58,928 nucleotides of DNA from Gemmatales bacterium (GCA_025055835.1 JANWWR010000107.1:1-58928), one strand, 5' to 3'. Positions 35,205-45,791 are shown, counted from the first letter of the stretch. Numbers and translations: made by a program. Notes: a model not told the origin generated them from the letters alone.

Positions 35205-37034
35205 ATGAGGCGGCTTGCACCGCTGATGGCAGCGATAGTCGGGATTTGGCTCGCCTGGCAGATGACGCCTTCCCCACGCGCCGACGAACGGCCTGTTGCC
35301 ACACCGTCCACCCGGGAATCTAAAGACCGTTCCCCCGTCGATGTGGTCCTCAGTGCTGACGAACGCTGGTTGTTCACGGCGAATCAAGGCACGGGCACGG
35401 TTTCCGTCGTCGAAACAGCCACGGGCAAAATCGTCGCCGAGGTGCCCTGCGGCGAAAAGCCGTCGGCCTTGGCGTTGTCACCGGATGACCGTCTGCTCCT
35501 CGTGTCCAACACCTGGTCTGGGGACGTGGCAGCGTTTCGCTTCGATGTGACCGACGGCAGTCTGCACCTGCATCGGAAAGTCCGTCTGGGATTCGAGCCG
35601 CGGGGCGTCGTCATTTCGCCGGACGGCCGGGAAGCCTACGTCGCCCTGACCACGGCGGGAACGGTAGGGGTTCTGTCCCTGCCCGATCTGACCGTGCAGG
35701 CCCAGATTGAGGCCGGTCGCTGGCCTCGTTATCTTGCCCTCTCTCCGGACGGCAAGCGATTGGCCGTCGGATGCAGCGGCGACGGCGGGGTGGCCGTCCT
35801 CGACGTGGTCAATCGCAGGAAACTGTTCCTGGAAGACTTTCTAGGCCTCAATCTTGGACAGATGCAGGTTTCGCGGGACGGTCAATACGTCTATTTCCCG
35901 TGGATGATCTATCGACAAAATCCGATCACGCCGCGGAACATTCAGATTGGTTGGGTCCTGGCCAGCCGCATCGCTCGGGTCCGTCTGGATGACAAGGCCC
36001 GTCGCGAAGCCATCGCCCTGGATCCGCAGGGACAGGCCGTCAGCGATCCGCACGGATTGGCCCTCAGCCCCGACGAGAAATGGCTGGTCTGTGCCGCGTC
36101 CGGCACCCATGAACTGCTGGTTTTCCGCCTCGAAGGTTTGCCGTTCCAGGACTACGGCGGTCCCGGGGACCATATCGACGTCCTGCTCCTGCAAGACCGG
36201 GAACGCTTCTTCCGCATCCCGCTCGGTGGCCGACCGATGTTCGTCCGCTTCTCCCGTGACGGCCGCCATGTCTATGTCGCCAATTACTTCGAAAATGCCA
36301 TCCAGATTGTGGACCTTCACGAACGCAAGGTGGCTCGCAGCATCCCGCTGGGCAGTGCTTCCGAAATCAGCCTTGCTCGCAAAGGCGAGATGATCTTCTA
36401 CGATGGCCGACGCTCCCTCGATCAGTGGTACAGCTGCCACAGTTGCCACTATGAAGGGCACACCAACTCGGTGACGATGGATACCCGCAATGACGGACGT
36501 TTCGGCAATTTCAAGGTTGTTCTCAGCCTGCGAAACGTGACCCGGACCGGGCCCTGGACGTGGCACGGCTGGCAGAAGGACCTCCGGGCCGCCATGCGGA
36601 AGTCCCTGACAGAAACGATGCTCGGCCCCTCGCCGACGGAAGCGGACGTTGACGCCGTTATCGCCTTTCTGGAAACGTTGACGCCTCCGCCGAACCCGTA
36701 CCGTCTTCCCGACGGCTCTCTGACCGAGGAGGCTAAGCGTGGGGAGGCTCTTTTCCACGGCGAAAAGGCCAACTGCGTCCGCTGTCACAAGCCCCCCTTG
36801 TTTACCGACGACAAGGTGCATGACGTCGGCCTCGGCGTTCCAGGGGATGCCTATCGGGGATTCAACCCGCCGTCTCTGCTCGGCGTCTATGACCGCATCC
36901 ACTATCTGCACGATGGCCGGGCGGCTTCCCTGGAGGAGGTGTTGAGAAAGCACCACACTCCGGAATCGCTCAACGGACAGGAATTGACACCGCAGGAACT
37001 CAGCGATCTGCTCGCCTATCTGCGATCCCTTTGA
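35205..37034 (+). CDS. Secreted YVTN beta-propeller fused to a di-haem cytochrome c (CcP/MauG-like) domain
   Basis: Signal peptide; repeated P-----SPDG---YV propeller blades; haem motifs CHSCH and CVRCH; SLRNV--TGPW-WHG; PSL-GV------HDGRA-SLEEV. Confidence 0.8.
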   Translation: MRRLAPLMAAIVGIWLAWQMTPSPRADERPVATPSTRESKDRSPVDVVLSADERWLFTANQGTGTVSVVETATGKIVAEVPCGEKPSALALSPDDRLLLVSNTWSGDVAAFRFDVTDGSLHLHRKVRLGFEPRGVVISPDGREAYVALTTAGTVGVLSLPDLTVQAQIEAGRWPRYLALSPDGKRLAVGCSGDGGVAVLDVVNRRKLFLEDFLGLNLGQMQVSRDGQYVYFPWMIYRQNPITPRNIQIGWVLASRIARVRLDDKARREAIALDPQGQAVSDPHGLALSPDEKWLVCAASGTHELLVFRLEGLPFQDYGGPGDHIDVLLLQDRERFFRIPLGGRPMFVRFSRDGRHVYVANYFENAIQIVDLHERKVARSIPLGSASEISLARKGEMIFYDGRRSLDQWYSCHSCHYEGHTNSVTMDTRNDGRFGNFKVVLSLRNVTRTGPWTWHGWQKDLRAAMRKSLTETMLGPSPTEADVDAVIAFLETLTPPPNPYRLPDGSLTEEAKRGEALFHGEKANCVRCHKPPLFTDDKVHDVGLGVPGDAYRGFNPPSLLGVYDRIHYLHDGRAASLEEVLRKHHTPESLNGQELTPQELSDLLAYLRSL

Positions 37035-37037
37035 GCG

Positions 37038-38105
37038 TCATGACAGGGGAAAGAGCGTCGGCTGCGATGGGGTCGGTCGCCGAAAGGCTGCGGTGGACAG
37101 GGCCGGCATGCCGGATGGCAGACCGAGTCGGTCGCGGTGCAGTTGGAACATGCGGCGGATGGTTTCGGCGATCACGCCCTGGCCGCGCATCCGACTGCCG
37201 AAGCGCGAGTCGTTCAGCCTGCCGCCGCGGACCTCACGAATCCGTGCCAGCACCTTGTCTTTGCGCTCCGGGAAATGACGCTCCAGCCAGGCGGAGAACA
37301 GATCGGCCACACCGAGCGGCAGCCGCAGCATGGTCCAACCGCAAAAGCCTGCTCCGGCCTGGACCGCGGCTTCGAGCAGGCGCGGAATCTCGTGATCGTT
37401 CAGCGCCGGAATGACCGGCGCGATCATGACGCCGACCGGCACCCCGGCCTGCTTCAGCGTGCGGATTGCTTCCAGGCGGCCAGCCACGGAAGACGTCCGT
37501 GGTTCCAGCCGACGCCGCAGGCTTTCGTCCAACGTGGTCAGGGAAATGAAAACCGCCGCCGCTCGTACCTTGGCCAATTCGGCAAGCAAATCCACGTCCC
37601 GGGCCACGAGGCGGTTCTTGGTTACGATGGCCACGGGGTTACGAAACTCCACGAGAACTTCCAGACACCGGCGGATCAGTTTCAGGTGCCGTTCGATGGG
37701 CTGATAACAATCGGTGACACCGCTCATGCCAAGGACCTGCGGCTGCCATTTCGGCGAAAGCAGCTCCTTGCGAAGCAGCTCTGGAGCCTCGGTCTTGACG
37801 AGGATTTTGCTCTCAAAGTCAAGCCCCGCGGAAAAGCCGAGATACTCGTGATAGGGCCGAGCGTAGCAGTAGGCGCAACCGTGTTCGCAACCCCGATACG
37901 GATTCACCCCAGCCGAGAAACCCACGTCCGGACTGTCGTTGTACGTGATGATGCTGCGAGAGGAATCCACCAGAAACTCGGTACGTGGAGATGGGGCCTC
38001 CTCATCGGACCAGGCTTCCTGGTCGAGTTCGTAGCGAAGCGGCTCGAAGCGATTAGGCGGATTGGTTTCAGCCCCGCGACCGAGGATCGGAAGCTCTCTC
38101 CGCAT
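37038..38105 (-). CDS. Radical SAM protein, PA0069/Rv2578c (spore-photoproduct-lyase-like) family
   Basis: NPYRGCEHGCAYCYARPYHEYL, SGVTDCYQPIE, APVIPALNDHE. Confidence 0.9.
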   Translation of the reverse strand: MRRELPILGRGAETNPPNRFEPLRYELDQEAWSDEEAPSPRTEFLVDSSRSIITYNDSPDVGFSAGVNPYRGCEHGCAYCYARPYHEYLGFSAGLDFESKILVKTEAPELLRKELLSPKWQPQVLGMSGVTDCYQPIERHLKLIRRCLEVLVEFRNPVAIVTKNRLVARDVDLLAELAKVRAAAVFISLTTLDESLRRRLEPRTSSVAGRLEAIRTLKQAGVPVGVMIAPVIPALNDHEIPRLLEAAVQAGAGFCGWTMLRLPLGVADLFSAWLERHFPERKDKVLARIREVRGGRLNDSRFGSRMRGQGVIAETIRRMFQLHRDRLGLPSGMPALSTAAFRRPTPSQPTLFPLS

Positions 38106-38143
38106 CAGAATTCAGACCTCTCGCCCTTCTGTCAGATGCTCAG

Positions 38144-38758
38144 TTAAGCAGCCGATGGAGGTGCCGGAGTCGCTGAGGATGATGCTGGAGCAGGCCGACG
38201 CACGATGGCTGCGATGATCAACCCGGCCAGGAAAAAGCCAACGGCCTGCTCTGCGGCCTGAAGCATCACATAATCCGAGGGGTATTCCCACCAGATCCAG
38301 TTGCGGAAGGGGACCGCGATGCCCGCGATCAGGCCGATCAGGAACAGGAAGAAGATCCGCATGACGTAGCTTTGCAAGGCGGGAGCCGCCTGGGCCAAAA
38401 GCATCGCCGCCAGCGTCGCCAAGGCAAAACAGACGACACCCTCGGCAATCAGATATTCCGGGGCCATGGGATCGTTCTCATGGGAGGGCACATAGACCAA
38501 CAAGCCCGTCGGGCCTTTGCGGAACTTGGTCACGTAGGCTTCCCAGTTGTCGCCGGCTTTCAGCTGGCTCGGATCCGCATAGGGAAACTGGTACAGGCCC
38601 CGCTCCGCCAGATTCTGACGCAATAACGAGGTCAATTCGTCCTCATTCGGAATGCCTTTGATGCTGGAATCGAATTGAAGGACCGTGTGCGCCACGAAGC
38701 CCCACAGAAACATGACGGCACCGCCCAGAATGCCCGCGACGAGAATACGCAGAATCAT
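38144..38758 (-). CDS. Hypothetical 4-TM membrane protein
   Basis: TM1, a soluble loop (GLYQFP...GPTGLLVY) and three more TMs ending in a WW-YP motif. Confidence 0.75.
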   Translation of the reverse strand: MILRILVAGILGGAVMFLWGFVAHTVLQFDSSIKGIPNEDELTSLLRQNLAERGLYQFPYADPSQLKAGDNWEAYVTKFRKGPTGLLVYVPSHENDPMAPEYLIAEGVVCFALATLAAMLLAQAAPALQSYVMRIFFLFLIGLIAGIAVPFRNWIWWEYPSDYVMLQAAEQAVGFFLAGLIIAAIVRRPAPASSSATPAPPSAA

Positions 38759-38910
38759 GGTGGTTCTCCCGGAAGGCAGAGGAATGCAACGAATGCCCGG
38801 CCATCGCTTCCTTCAAGACCAACACACCCTAAGTGACGGCATCACGATAAGTTCCCGTGCTTCATCCCGTCAAGGCCAAATACGAAAAATTTGTTCAGTA
38901 TGAGTCTGTC

Positions 38911-38948
38911 TTGGCGGAATTGTGGGGGCAGCATTACAATCGGCGGCA
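38911..38948 (+). promoter_or_regulatory. Candidate leaderless promoter (TTGGCG-18-TACAAT, ATG 7 nt later)
   Basis: TACAAT at 38935-38940, ATG at 38948, no SD in between. Confidence 0.45.
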
Positions 38949-40429
38949 TGATACGGCGACGACCGGCAGTATTCGTCTTCGGCTGGCTTGTGCTGGCACT
39001 TCTCGGCTGCGGCAAGGATGCCGACCTGGGCCGTGCGGAGGCTCCGACGAAACACGAGCCGATCAAGTCGATTCGTGGACCTGGAGAATTCGCAAGCGGT
39101 TCTAGCTCGGCCAACAAACAGAGCGGTTTACGCCGCTTGCCGCCCGACCTCCGCTCCCGCAAAGACGGCAGCGATTGGCCTGGTTTTCTCGGACCGACCG
39201 GCGACGGCAAGTCCCCGGAAAAGGGAATCCTTGCTCCCTGGCCGAAGGAAGGTCTGAAACTGGTCTGGCAGCGCAAGCTCGGCGAAGGCTACTGCATGCC
39301 GAGCGTCAGCCGAGGCCGGTTGTTTATCTTCGACCGCCAGGGCGACCTTGCCACCCTGACCTGCGTCCACAGCGAGACCGGTCGCTTCCTGTGGAAGTTT
39401 GAGTATCCGACCGACTACGAAGATCACTACGGTTACAGCAATGGGCCACGCTGCTGCCCCGTGGTGGACGAGGATCGAGTGTACCTCTTCGGCCCCGAGG
39501 GGATGCTCCATTGTGTTCGAGTCGAAGACGGCCAGCCGCTCTGGAAGGTGAACACGACCAGAGAATTCGGCGTCGTGCAGAACTTCTTTGGCGTCGGCAG
39601 CACACCGGTGATCGAAGGCGATCTGCTCCTCGCCCAGATCGGAGGCAGCCCGCCAGATTCCGGCAACTTCCCCTCGCTGGATCAACGGGGCAACGGCAGC
39701 GGCATCGTCGCGTTTGACAAGTACACCGGCCAGGTTCGCTACCGGATCACTGATGAACTGGCCAGCTACGCCGGGCCGGTCTTGGCTACCATCGGCGGTA
39801 GGCGGTGGTGTTTCGTGTTCGCTCGGGGAGGTCTCGTCGGTTTCGAGCCGAACAGCGGGAACGTGGATTTCCACTTTCCGTGGCGTTCGCGGCTTCTGGA
39901 AAGTGTCAACGCCGCCAATCCGGTCGTGTTCGGAGATCACGTCTTGATCTCGGAAGCCTATGGACCCGGCTCGGCACTGCTCCAGGTGCAGCCGGGCAAA
40001 TGCCAGCTCGTCTGGAGCGATGCCGAGCGGGCACGGGACAAGGCCCTGCAAGCCCATTGGGTCACGCCGATCTATCATGACGGCTTCGTTTACGGCGACA
40101 GCGGACGGCATACGTCCACGGCCGAACTTCGCTGCATCGAGGCGGCCACGGGAACCGTCCGCTGGCGGCGTCGTGGTCTAGGCCACGTTTCGCTGTTGTG
40201 GATTGACGGGCATTTCATCGCTCTTACGGAGTTCGGCGAGCTGCTGCTGCTTAAGGCCAACCCTGAGCGCTATGAAGAAATTTCCCGGATGGAAGTTCGG
40301 GACGCGGACGGCGAGCCGCTCCTCGAATACCCCGCGTGGGCGGCACCGATTGTTTCCCACGGCCTGCTCTACGTTCGCGGCAAGGATCGCCTCGTTTGCC
40401 TGGAGTTGATTCCTCTGTCCAAGCCTTGA
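38948..40429 (+). CDS. PQQ-binding-like (BamB-like) beta-propeller lipoprotein
   Basis: Lipobox LLGC; DWPGFLGP-GDG; repeated G---W blades; C-terminal WA-P----G-LYVRG---L. Confidence 0.85.
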   Translation: MIRRRPAVFVFGWLVLALLGCGKDADLGRAEAPTKHEPIKSIRGPGEFASGSSSANKQSGLRRLPPDLRSRKDGSDWPGFLGPTGDGKSPEKGILAPWPKEGLKLVWQRKLGEGYCMPSVSRGRLFIFDRQGDLATLTCVHSETGRFLWKFEYPTDYEDHYGYSNGPRCCPVVDEDRVYLFGPEGMLHCVRVEDGQPLWKVNTTREFGVVQNFFGVGSTPVIEGDLLLAQIGGSPPDSGNFPSLDQRGNGSGIVAFDKYTGQVRYRITDELASYAGPVLATIGGRRWCFVFARGGLVGFEPNSGNVDFHFPWRSRLLESVNAANPVVFGDHVLISEAYGPGSALLQVQPGKCQLVWSDAERARDKALQAHWVTPIYHDGFVYGDSGRHTSTAELRCIEAATGTVRWRRRGLGHVSLLWIDGHFIALTEFGELLLLKANPERYEEISRMEVRDADGEPLLEYPAWAAPIVSHGLLYVRGKDRLVCLELIPLSKP

Positions 40430-40530
40430 TACCTTCATGCTCTGCCGCATATAAACACTCGACGGATTATCGACGACACCATTCCCGGCCGCACGGGACA
40501 TACAGCGTGGCCAAGCCAGGGAGGATCACG

Positions 40531-41583
40531 ATGTTGACGCGGGAAGGACTGCTCAAGACGCCGATTCGCCACATCGACTTTACTCAGCACAACGTCGTGC
40601 CCCTGGTGGACGCGATGCGGGACATGGCCTTTTCGGCTCGCGACCTGGCTCGTGCAGCGGATATCGCCGAGCGGATGACCCGCGACCCGGAATGCGGCAT
40701 CATCCTCTGCCTGGCCGGTTCGCTGATCAGCGCCGGGCTGAAGAAGGTCTTCGCCGATGCCGTCCGCTTCAACATGGTGGATGCCATCGTCAGCACCGGT
40801 GCGAACATCGTGGACCAGGACTTCTTCGAGGCCCTGGGATTCAGGCACTACGTCGGCGAGGAGAAACTGCGTTCGGGAATGTTCGACGCCGAGTTGCGGG
40901 AACTGCACATCGACCGCATCTACGACACCCTCATTGACGAGGACCAGCTCCGTATCTGCGACGACACCGTACGACAGATCGCCGACTCCCTCGAACCTCG
41001 GCCCTATTCGTCGCGGGAGTTCATTCGGGCGATGGGTGAATATCTGCAAACTCACGGGGTCAAGAGCGATTGCAGCATCGTGTACGAGGCATACAAGAAC
41101 GACGTGCCGATTTTCGTCCCGGCCTTCAGCGATTGCTCGGCGGGTTTCGGTCTGGTCGCTCATCAACACGCCCGGGGCGACGCCCCCAAGGTGACGATTG
41201 ACAGTGCCAAGGACTTCTACGAGTTGACGCAGCTCAAGATTCAGAATCCCGTGACGGGCCTGTTCATGGTTGGCGGCGGCGTGCCGAAGAACTTCGCTCA
41301 AGACATCGTGGTGGCGGCGGACATCCTCGGCCACGAGGTGCCGATGCACAAGTACGCCGTCCAGGTCACGGTGGCGGACGTCCGCGACGGGGCCTTGTCC
41401 AGCAGCACGCTCAAGGAAGCATCCAGCTGGGGCAAGGTCGATCTCGCTTACGAACAAATGGTCTATTCCGAAGCCACCCTGGCGGTGCCGCTCCTGCTGG
41501 GCTACGTCTATCACAAAGGGGCCTGGAAGGGCCGGGCTGCTCGCCGATGGAATCGCAAGCTGGAACCCGTCGGCGTGGCCTGA
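40531..41583 (+). CDS. speY: Deoxyhypusine-synthase-like protein (SpeY / homospermidine-pathway type)
   Basis: STGANIVDQDFFEALG, IDRIYD, PAFSDCSAGFG, GGGVPKNFAQD, DGALSSSTLKEASSWGKV; GGAGGA SD before ATG 40531. Confidence 0.8.
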   Translation: MLTREGLLKTPIRHIDFTQHNVVPLVDAMRDMAFSARDLARAADIAERMTRDPECGIILCLAGSLISAGLKKVFADAVRFNMVDAIVSTGANIVDQDFFEALGFRHYVGEEKLRSGMFDAELRELHIDRIYDTLIDEDQLRICDDTVRQIADSLEPRPYSSREFIRAMGEYLQTHGVKSDCSIVYEAYKNDVPIFVPAFSDCSAGFGLVAHQHARGDAPKVTIDSAKDFYELTQLKIQNPVTGLFMVGGGVPKNFAQDIVVAADILGHEVPMHKYAVQVTVADVRDGALSSSTLKEASSWGKVDLAYEQMVYSEATLAVPLLLGYVYHKGAWKGRAARRWNRKLEPVGVA

Positions 41584-41598
41584 CCTGCCCTCCCCCGG

Positions 41599-42498
41599 CT
41601 ATTCTGGCTTGACCAGGCGGCGACGTCGCAAAAGAGTTGCCACCAGTCCGTGCCGAGGAGCGACCAGCCACACAACGCCAAAGAGCATTCCGGCAGCCAC
41701 AGCCATAGCCGCGGCACCTTGCGAGTTCAGGATCGGCTCGCTGGCCAGGATATAGCCCACAAACACCGAGGCGATGCCGAACCCCACCGCCAGCGCGACC
41801 ATCAACCAGAGCCGATCGGTGAGCAGGTAGGCGGTGGCTGCCGGCACGACGAGAAAAGCCACCACGAGGATCGCCCCGACTGCCTCAAAAGCGGCAATGG
41901 CCGTCAGCGAAACCGCCGTCATCAACAGATAGTGAATCCAGGCCGGTCGCAAGCCCAGCGACTCCGCCAAGGCCGGATCAAAGGTGCCGATTTTCAATTC
42001 CTTCCACAGCCCGACGACGAGCAGCAGATCGAGAACGAACATACTGCCGAGCATCCACAAAGCTCTGGGCCCCAGATCCGTGCCGAGCAGGATGAGCGGG
42101 CGGCGATCCACGTCCTCGATTCGTCCAAAGATGACGCAATCGAGGTCGAGGTCCACGTAGCGGATGCGGGAGATAAGCAGCACGCCCAGGGCGAAGAGGG
42201 CGGGAAAGACCACGGCGGTTGAGGCGTCCTCGCTTAATCGCCGGCTGCGGAACAGCGTCTCGATGAGCCAGACCGTGAGCACCCCCGTCGCGGCCGCAGT
42301 GGGAAACAGCGCGAGCGGATGCCGCTCTGTGCTGAGCAAAAACCCCAGAACGACGCCGGGCAGAATGGCGTGGCTGATGGCGTCGCCGATCAGCGACATG
42401 CGGCGAAGGACAAGGAAGCTGCCGACCAGCGCCGTCGCTGCCGCGGTCAAGCTGCCGGTCAAAAGCACCACGCTCATCCGGTACAATTCCGGGTCCAT
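41599..42498 (-). CDS. Mn/Fe/Zn ABC permease (TroD/MntD-like)
   Basis: GSFLVLRRMSLIGDAISHAILPG, EDAS---VF--LFALG, AFEAVGAILVVAFL. Confidence 0.9.
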   Translation of the reverse strand: MDPELYRMSVVLLTGSLTAAATALVGSFLVLRRMSLIGDAISHAILPGVVLGFLLSTERHPLALFPTAAATGVLTVWLIETLFRSRRLSEDASTAVVFPALFALGVLLISRIRYVDLDLDCVIFGRIEDVDRRPLILLGTDLGPRALWMLGSMFVLDLLLVVGLWKELKIGTFDPALAESLGLRPAWIHYLLMTAVSLTAIAAFEAVGAILVVAFLVVPAATAYLLTDRLWLMVALAVGFGIASVFVGYILASEPILNSQGAAAMAVAAGMLFGVVWLVAPRHGLVATLLRRRRLVKPE

Positions 42499-42516
42499 GA
42501 GCCACCTGCCGATGCT

Positions 42517-43809
42517 CTAATTCCGTTCGTGGTTCTCAGCCAGCGGCCGACCACGCGGGATCGGTTTGCCCTGGGGATCGGTCTCCGGGTGTTCCAGGGC
42601 GGCTTCCAGTTCGGCCACGAGTTCCGGCGTAAGGACGTGTTCCATCGCCTCGGCGTCCCGGTGGGTGTGATCGGCGGCCAAGTCCAGCCTGCGCGAAAGG
42701 TAGAGTTCCCAGAGTCGGTGCATTCGCACAATTCGGGCCGCCTCATCCAGGCCCTGCTGGGTCAATTGCCAACCGCCATCGCTTTCCACAGCCAGCCCAG
42801 CATCCTCGAGATCGTTCAATGTCCGGCGGACGGCATCGGGGGTCAGCCCTCGAACCGCAGCCAGGTCGGCCACGCTCCACGGCCGGTCCCAGACATGCCG
42901 GATTTCTCCGAGCCGATAAAAATCCGACAAGAGGTTCTCCAAACGGACCTTGCGACGGTGGGCGAGCTGACGCAGCCACTCCGCCAGCACGCCGCGCCGC
43001 GGGGCCAGCAGCAGCGAACCGAGCATGAAGACCGAGGCCGTCAGGACGATGGCCGGACCCGCCGGCGTCAGCGGCACGTTTTGGCTCCATAGCGCCCCGA
43101 TCCACGAGCAGACCACGCCGATTCCGGCGGCCAGGACGATCATGGCGCTAAGCCGATTTGTCCACTGACGGGCCGCCGCCGCGGGAGCGGTCAGCAAACC
43201 GACGGTGAGCACGACGCCTACGGAGCGCAGGCTGATCAACACAGTCAACACCAGCAGCATCGCCAGCAGGAACTCCAGCAGCCGCCGACGCAGACCTAGC
43301 GTCTGGGCGTACTCCGGATCAAAGCACACGAGTTTGAATTCCTTGTAGAGCAGCGCAATGAGGAACAGAACGATGACACCGACGCCAAGCATCCAGCGGA
43401 CGTGATCGCCGCGAAGATAGGCGACCTGGCCGTAGATAAACGTGTTCAGACCAGCTTGATTGCCGGCGGGAAAGTTTTGCAGATAGGTCAGCAGCAGCAA
43501 GCCGAGGGCAAAGAAGGTGGACAGGACGATTCCCAGGGCGGCATCTTGTTTCAAGCGGCTTGTTTGCACGATGGCCAGAATCAGCCAGACGCCGAGCGTT
43601 CCACTTACCGCGGCTCCCAGTAGCAGAAGCGGCAAATCTTTTTCGCCGGTGATCAGATACGCCAGGCAGATGCCGGGTAGGGCGGCATGAGCAAGCGTGT
43701 CTGCAAGCAGATTCTGACGACGCAGCAAAGCCAGCGAGCCGACCGCCCCGCAGGTCGCTCCCAGGATCGCCAGTCCCTCCAGGACGACCCATTCGGGAAG
43801 CCAAGTCAC
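42517..43809 (-). CDS. Mn/Fe/Zn ABC permease fused to a C-terminal DtxR/MntR-type repressor domain (TroC-R; YtgCR-like)
   Basis: [18 protein letters not shown] permease core; from about aa 291 a wHTH plus HRLWELYL...[11 protein letters not shown]...[11 protein letters not shown]. Confidence 0.88.
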   Translation of the reverse strand: MTWLPEWVVLEGLAILGATCGAVGSLALLRRQNLLADTLAHAALPGICLAYLITGEKDLPLLLLGAAVSGTLGVWLILAIVQTSRLKQDAALGIVLSTFFALGLLLLTYLQNFPAGNQAGLNTFIYGQVAYLRGDHVRWMLGVGVIVLFLIALLYKEFKLVCFDPEYAQTLGLRRRLLEFLLAMLLVLTVLISLRSVGVVLTVGLLTAPAAAARQWTNRLSAMIVLAAGIGVVCSWIGALWSQNVPLTPAGPAIVLTASVFMLGSLLLAPRRGVLAEWLRQLAHRRKVRLENLLSDFYRLGEIRHVWDRPWSVADLAAVRGLTPDAVRRTLNDLEDAGLAVESDGGWQLTQQGLDEAARIVRMHRLWELYLSRRLDLAADHTHRDAEAMEHVLTPELVAELEAALEHPETDPQGKPIPRGRPLAENHERN

Positions 43810-44648
43810 GGCCGACCCTCCTCCCGACGCAACAGCACGTCAGCGGCTTGCGTCAGAATCTTCAACTGTCCGCCGTAGGTCCGTTGCAAGTTAGCGGGCG
43901 TGAACACCTCGGCCACCGGACCGGCAGCGATCAGGCGGAGATTCAGGAGAACGACCCAGTCGAAGTATTCAGGGATGGTTTGAAGGTCGTGGTGAACAGC
44001 CAGCACCGTGCGGCCCTGATCGCGGAGTTGCCGCAACAATTGGATGATGGCCCGTTCCGTCGTGGCATCCACGCCGGCGAACGGTTCATCCATGAGATAG
44101 ATGCAGGCGTCCTGGGCCAACGCGCGGGCAAGAAAGACGCGTTGTTGCTGGCCGCCGGAAAGCTCGCTTATCTGACGACGAGCCAGGTCGGCGATGCCGA
44201 GCCGTTCCAGACAGCGTCGAGCCAGACTCCGTTCCGCCCGCCCGGGACGACGAAACCACCCCAGCCTTCCATAGGTTCCCATCAACACCACGTCTAAGAC
44301 GCTTGTGGGAAAGTCCCAATCGACACTGGCCCGCTGAGGCACGTAGGCGACCAGGTGACGCTGTTCCCGGTACGGCTTGCCATAGATCTTCACCCAACCG
44401 GCCGAAGCGGGAATCAGGCCGACGATGGATTTGAGCAGCGTCGTCTTCCCTGCTCCGTTGGGACCGACGACGGCGATCAGCCTGGCTTCAGGAACCACCA
44501 GGTCCACGTCCCAAAGTACCGGACGGGTCTGGTAGGCCACGGTGAGGTCGTGAACTTCGATGGGAGGAAACGGCCCCGAACATGCCGCCTTCCGCTGGTC
44601 GGATGTCGGTTCCTCATTGTCGCCACGCACAGAAGCGGCTTGGGTCAT
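43806..44648 (-). CDS. Mn/Fe/Zn ABC ATP-binding protein (TroB/MntB-like)
   Basis: [44 protein letters not shown]. Confidence 0.92.
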   Translation of the reverse strand: MTQAASVRGDNEEPTSDQRKAACSGPFPPIEVHDLTVAYQTRPVLWDVDLVVPEARLIAVVGPNGAGKTTLLKSIVGLIPASAGWVKIYGKPYREQRHLVAYVPQRASVDWDFPTSVLDVVLMGTYGRLGWFRRPGRAERSLARRCLERLGIADLARRQISELSGGQQQRVFLARALAQDACIYLMDEPFAGVDATTERAIIQLLRQLRDQGRTVLAVHHDLQTIPEYFDWVVLLNLRLIAAGPVAEVFTPANLQRTYGGQLKILTQAADVLLRREEGRP

Positions 44649-44655
44649 GGCCGAC

Positions 44656-45600
44656 TCATCGCTCCGCCCTGAGCTCATCAACGATCACCTGGACATTATG
44701 CCGCATCATACCGGGATAGGAACCCTCCGGCACGTCGGGGCGATCCAGGGCGTCAGAGTACAGCTTGGCCTTTGCGATGCGTACCTCGTGGCCCCGGGCG
44801 TGACAGCGTTCAACCACCGCTTGCACGCCGTCCATCGGCACACTGGTTTCCGCAAAGATGGCTGGGATGCGGTCGCGAACAACCCGTTCGACGATCCTCT
44901 GCATCTCCTTCAGCCCGGTTTCGTCAGCCGTGCTGATTCCTTGCAAGCCGATCACCTCGATTCCGTAGGCTCGGCCGAAGTAACGAAAGGCATCGTGGGC
45001 GGTGATCAGCACACGCCTTTGCGGTGGGATCGTAGCCAAGGCCCGGCGTATTTCTTCATCAAGCGCCTGAAGCTCGGTGCGGTAGTCGGCGGCATTTTTG
45101 CGGAAGGCGTCGGCGTGCTGAGGAAACGCGTCGCACATCGCCGCTTCAACCGCTCCCAAGGCCTGGATCCAAAGCTTGACATCGAACCAGACATGCGGAT
45201 CAGGCTGTCCTTCGGCGTAAAGGAGTTGATGCTTGGCGATCCCCTCGGCCACGGCCCGAGCGTGCGGCAGATTCTGGAGCATCTCGCTCATGGTGCCTTC
45301 GAGGTGCAGGCCGTTGTACAGGACCAGCTTGGCGTTTTCGAGCTTGCGGCGGTCGGCGGCCTTGGCCTGGTAGAGATGCGGATCGACGCCCGGCCCCATG
45401 ATTGCCTCGACTTCGACGAGGCCGCCGCTGACCCGTCTGGCCAAGTCGGCCACCAGTCCGGTCGTGGCCACGATTTCGGCCCCGTTGGGTGCGGGCTTGC
45501 TGCTCACATAACGGCCACAGCCGATGACTGCCCCGGCCAAGCTAAGGACCACCAGTGCTCCAGCGAAACCCCGTCTCCCGTGCAGCAATTGAATAGCCAT
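44656..45600 (-). CDS. Mn/Fe ABC substrate-binding lipoprotein (TroA/MntA-like)
   Basis: Lipobox VIGC; [32 protein letters not shown]. Confidence 0.92.
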   Translation of the reverse strand: MAIQLLHGRRGFAGALVVLSLAGAVIGCGRYVSSKPAPNGAEIVATTGLVADLARRVSGGLVEVEAIMGPGVDPHLYQAKAADRRKLENAKLVLYNGLHLEGTMSEMLQNLPHARAVAEGIAKHQLLYAEGQPDPHVWFDVKLWIQALGAVEAAMCDAFPQHADAFRKNAADYRTELQALDEEIRRALATIPPQRRVLITAHDAFRYFGRAYGIEVIGLQGISTADETGLKEMQRIVERVVRDRIPAIFAETSVPMDGVQAVVERCHARGHEVRIAKAKLYSDALDRPDVPEGSYPGMMRHNVQVIVDELRAER

Positions 45601-45609
45601 ACCTAAATC

Positions 45610-45637
45610 AGTCTATTAGCTTTAGCTATAAATGCAA
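45610..45637 (-). promoter_or_regulatory. Promoter of the tro operon (TTGCAT-16-TAGACT) with the palindrome TAGCT-TT-AGCTA in the spacer
   Basis: -35 at 45637-45632, -10 at 45615-45610, ATG 9 nt later; inverted repeat at 45617-45628 in an AT-rich patch. Confidence 0.5.
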
Positions 45638-45791
45638 GCCCCCGGCATCTGGCTATAGCCCTTGCCCGGACTGACTTCTCCGACTCATTGAACTTGACAG
45701 CAAAGGGCGGGATCGAGTATGCCCTGCGAAACGAATGGAATGCCAGCCAGGAAGGTGCCACCGTATGTTCGGCAGTCTGGAGAATCCAGGC

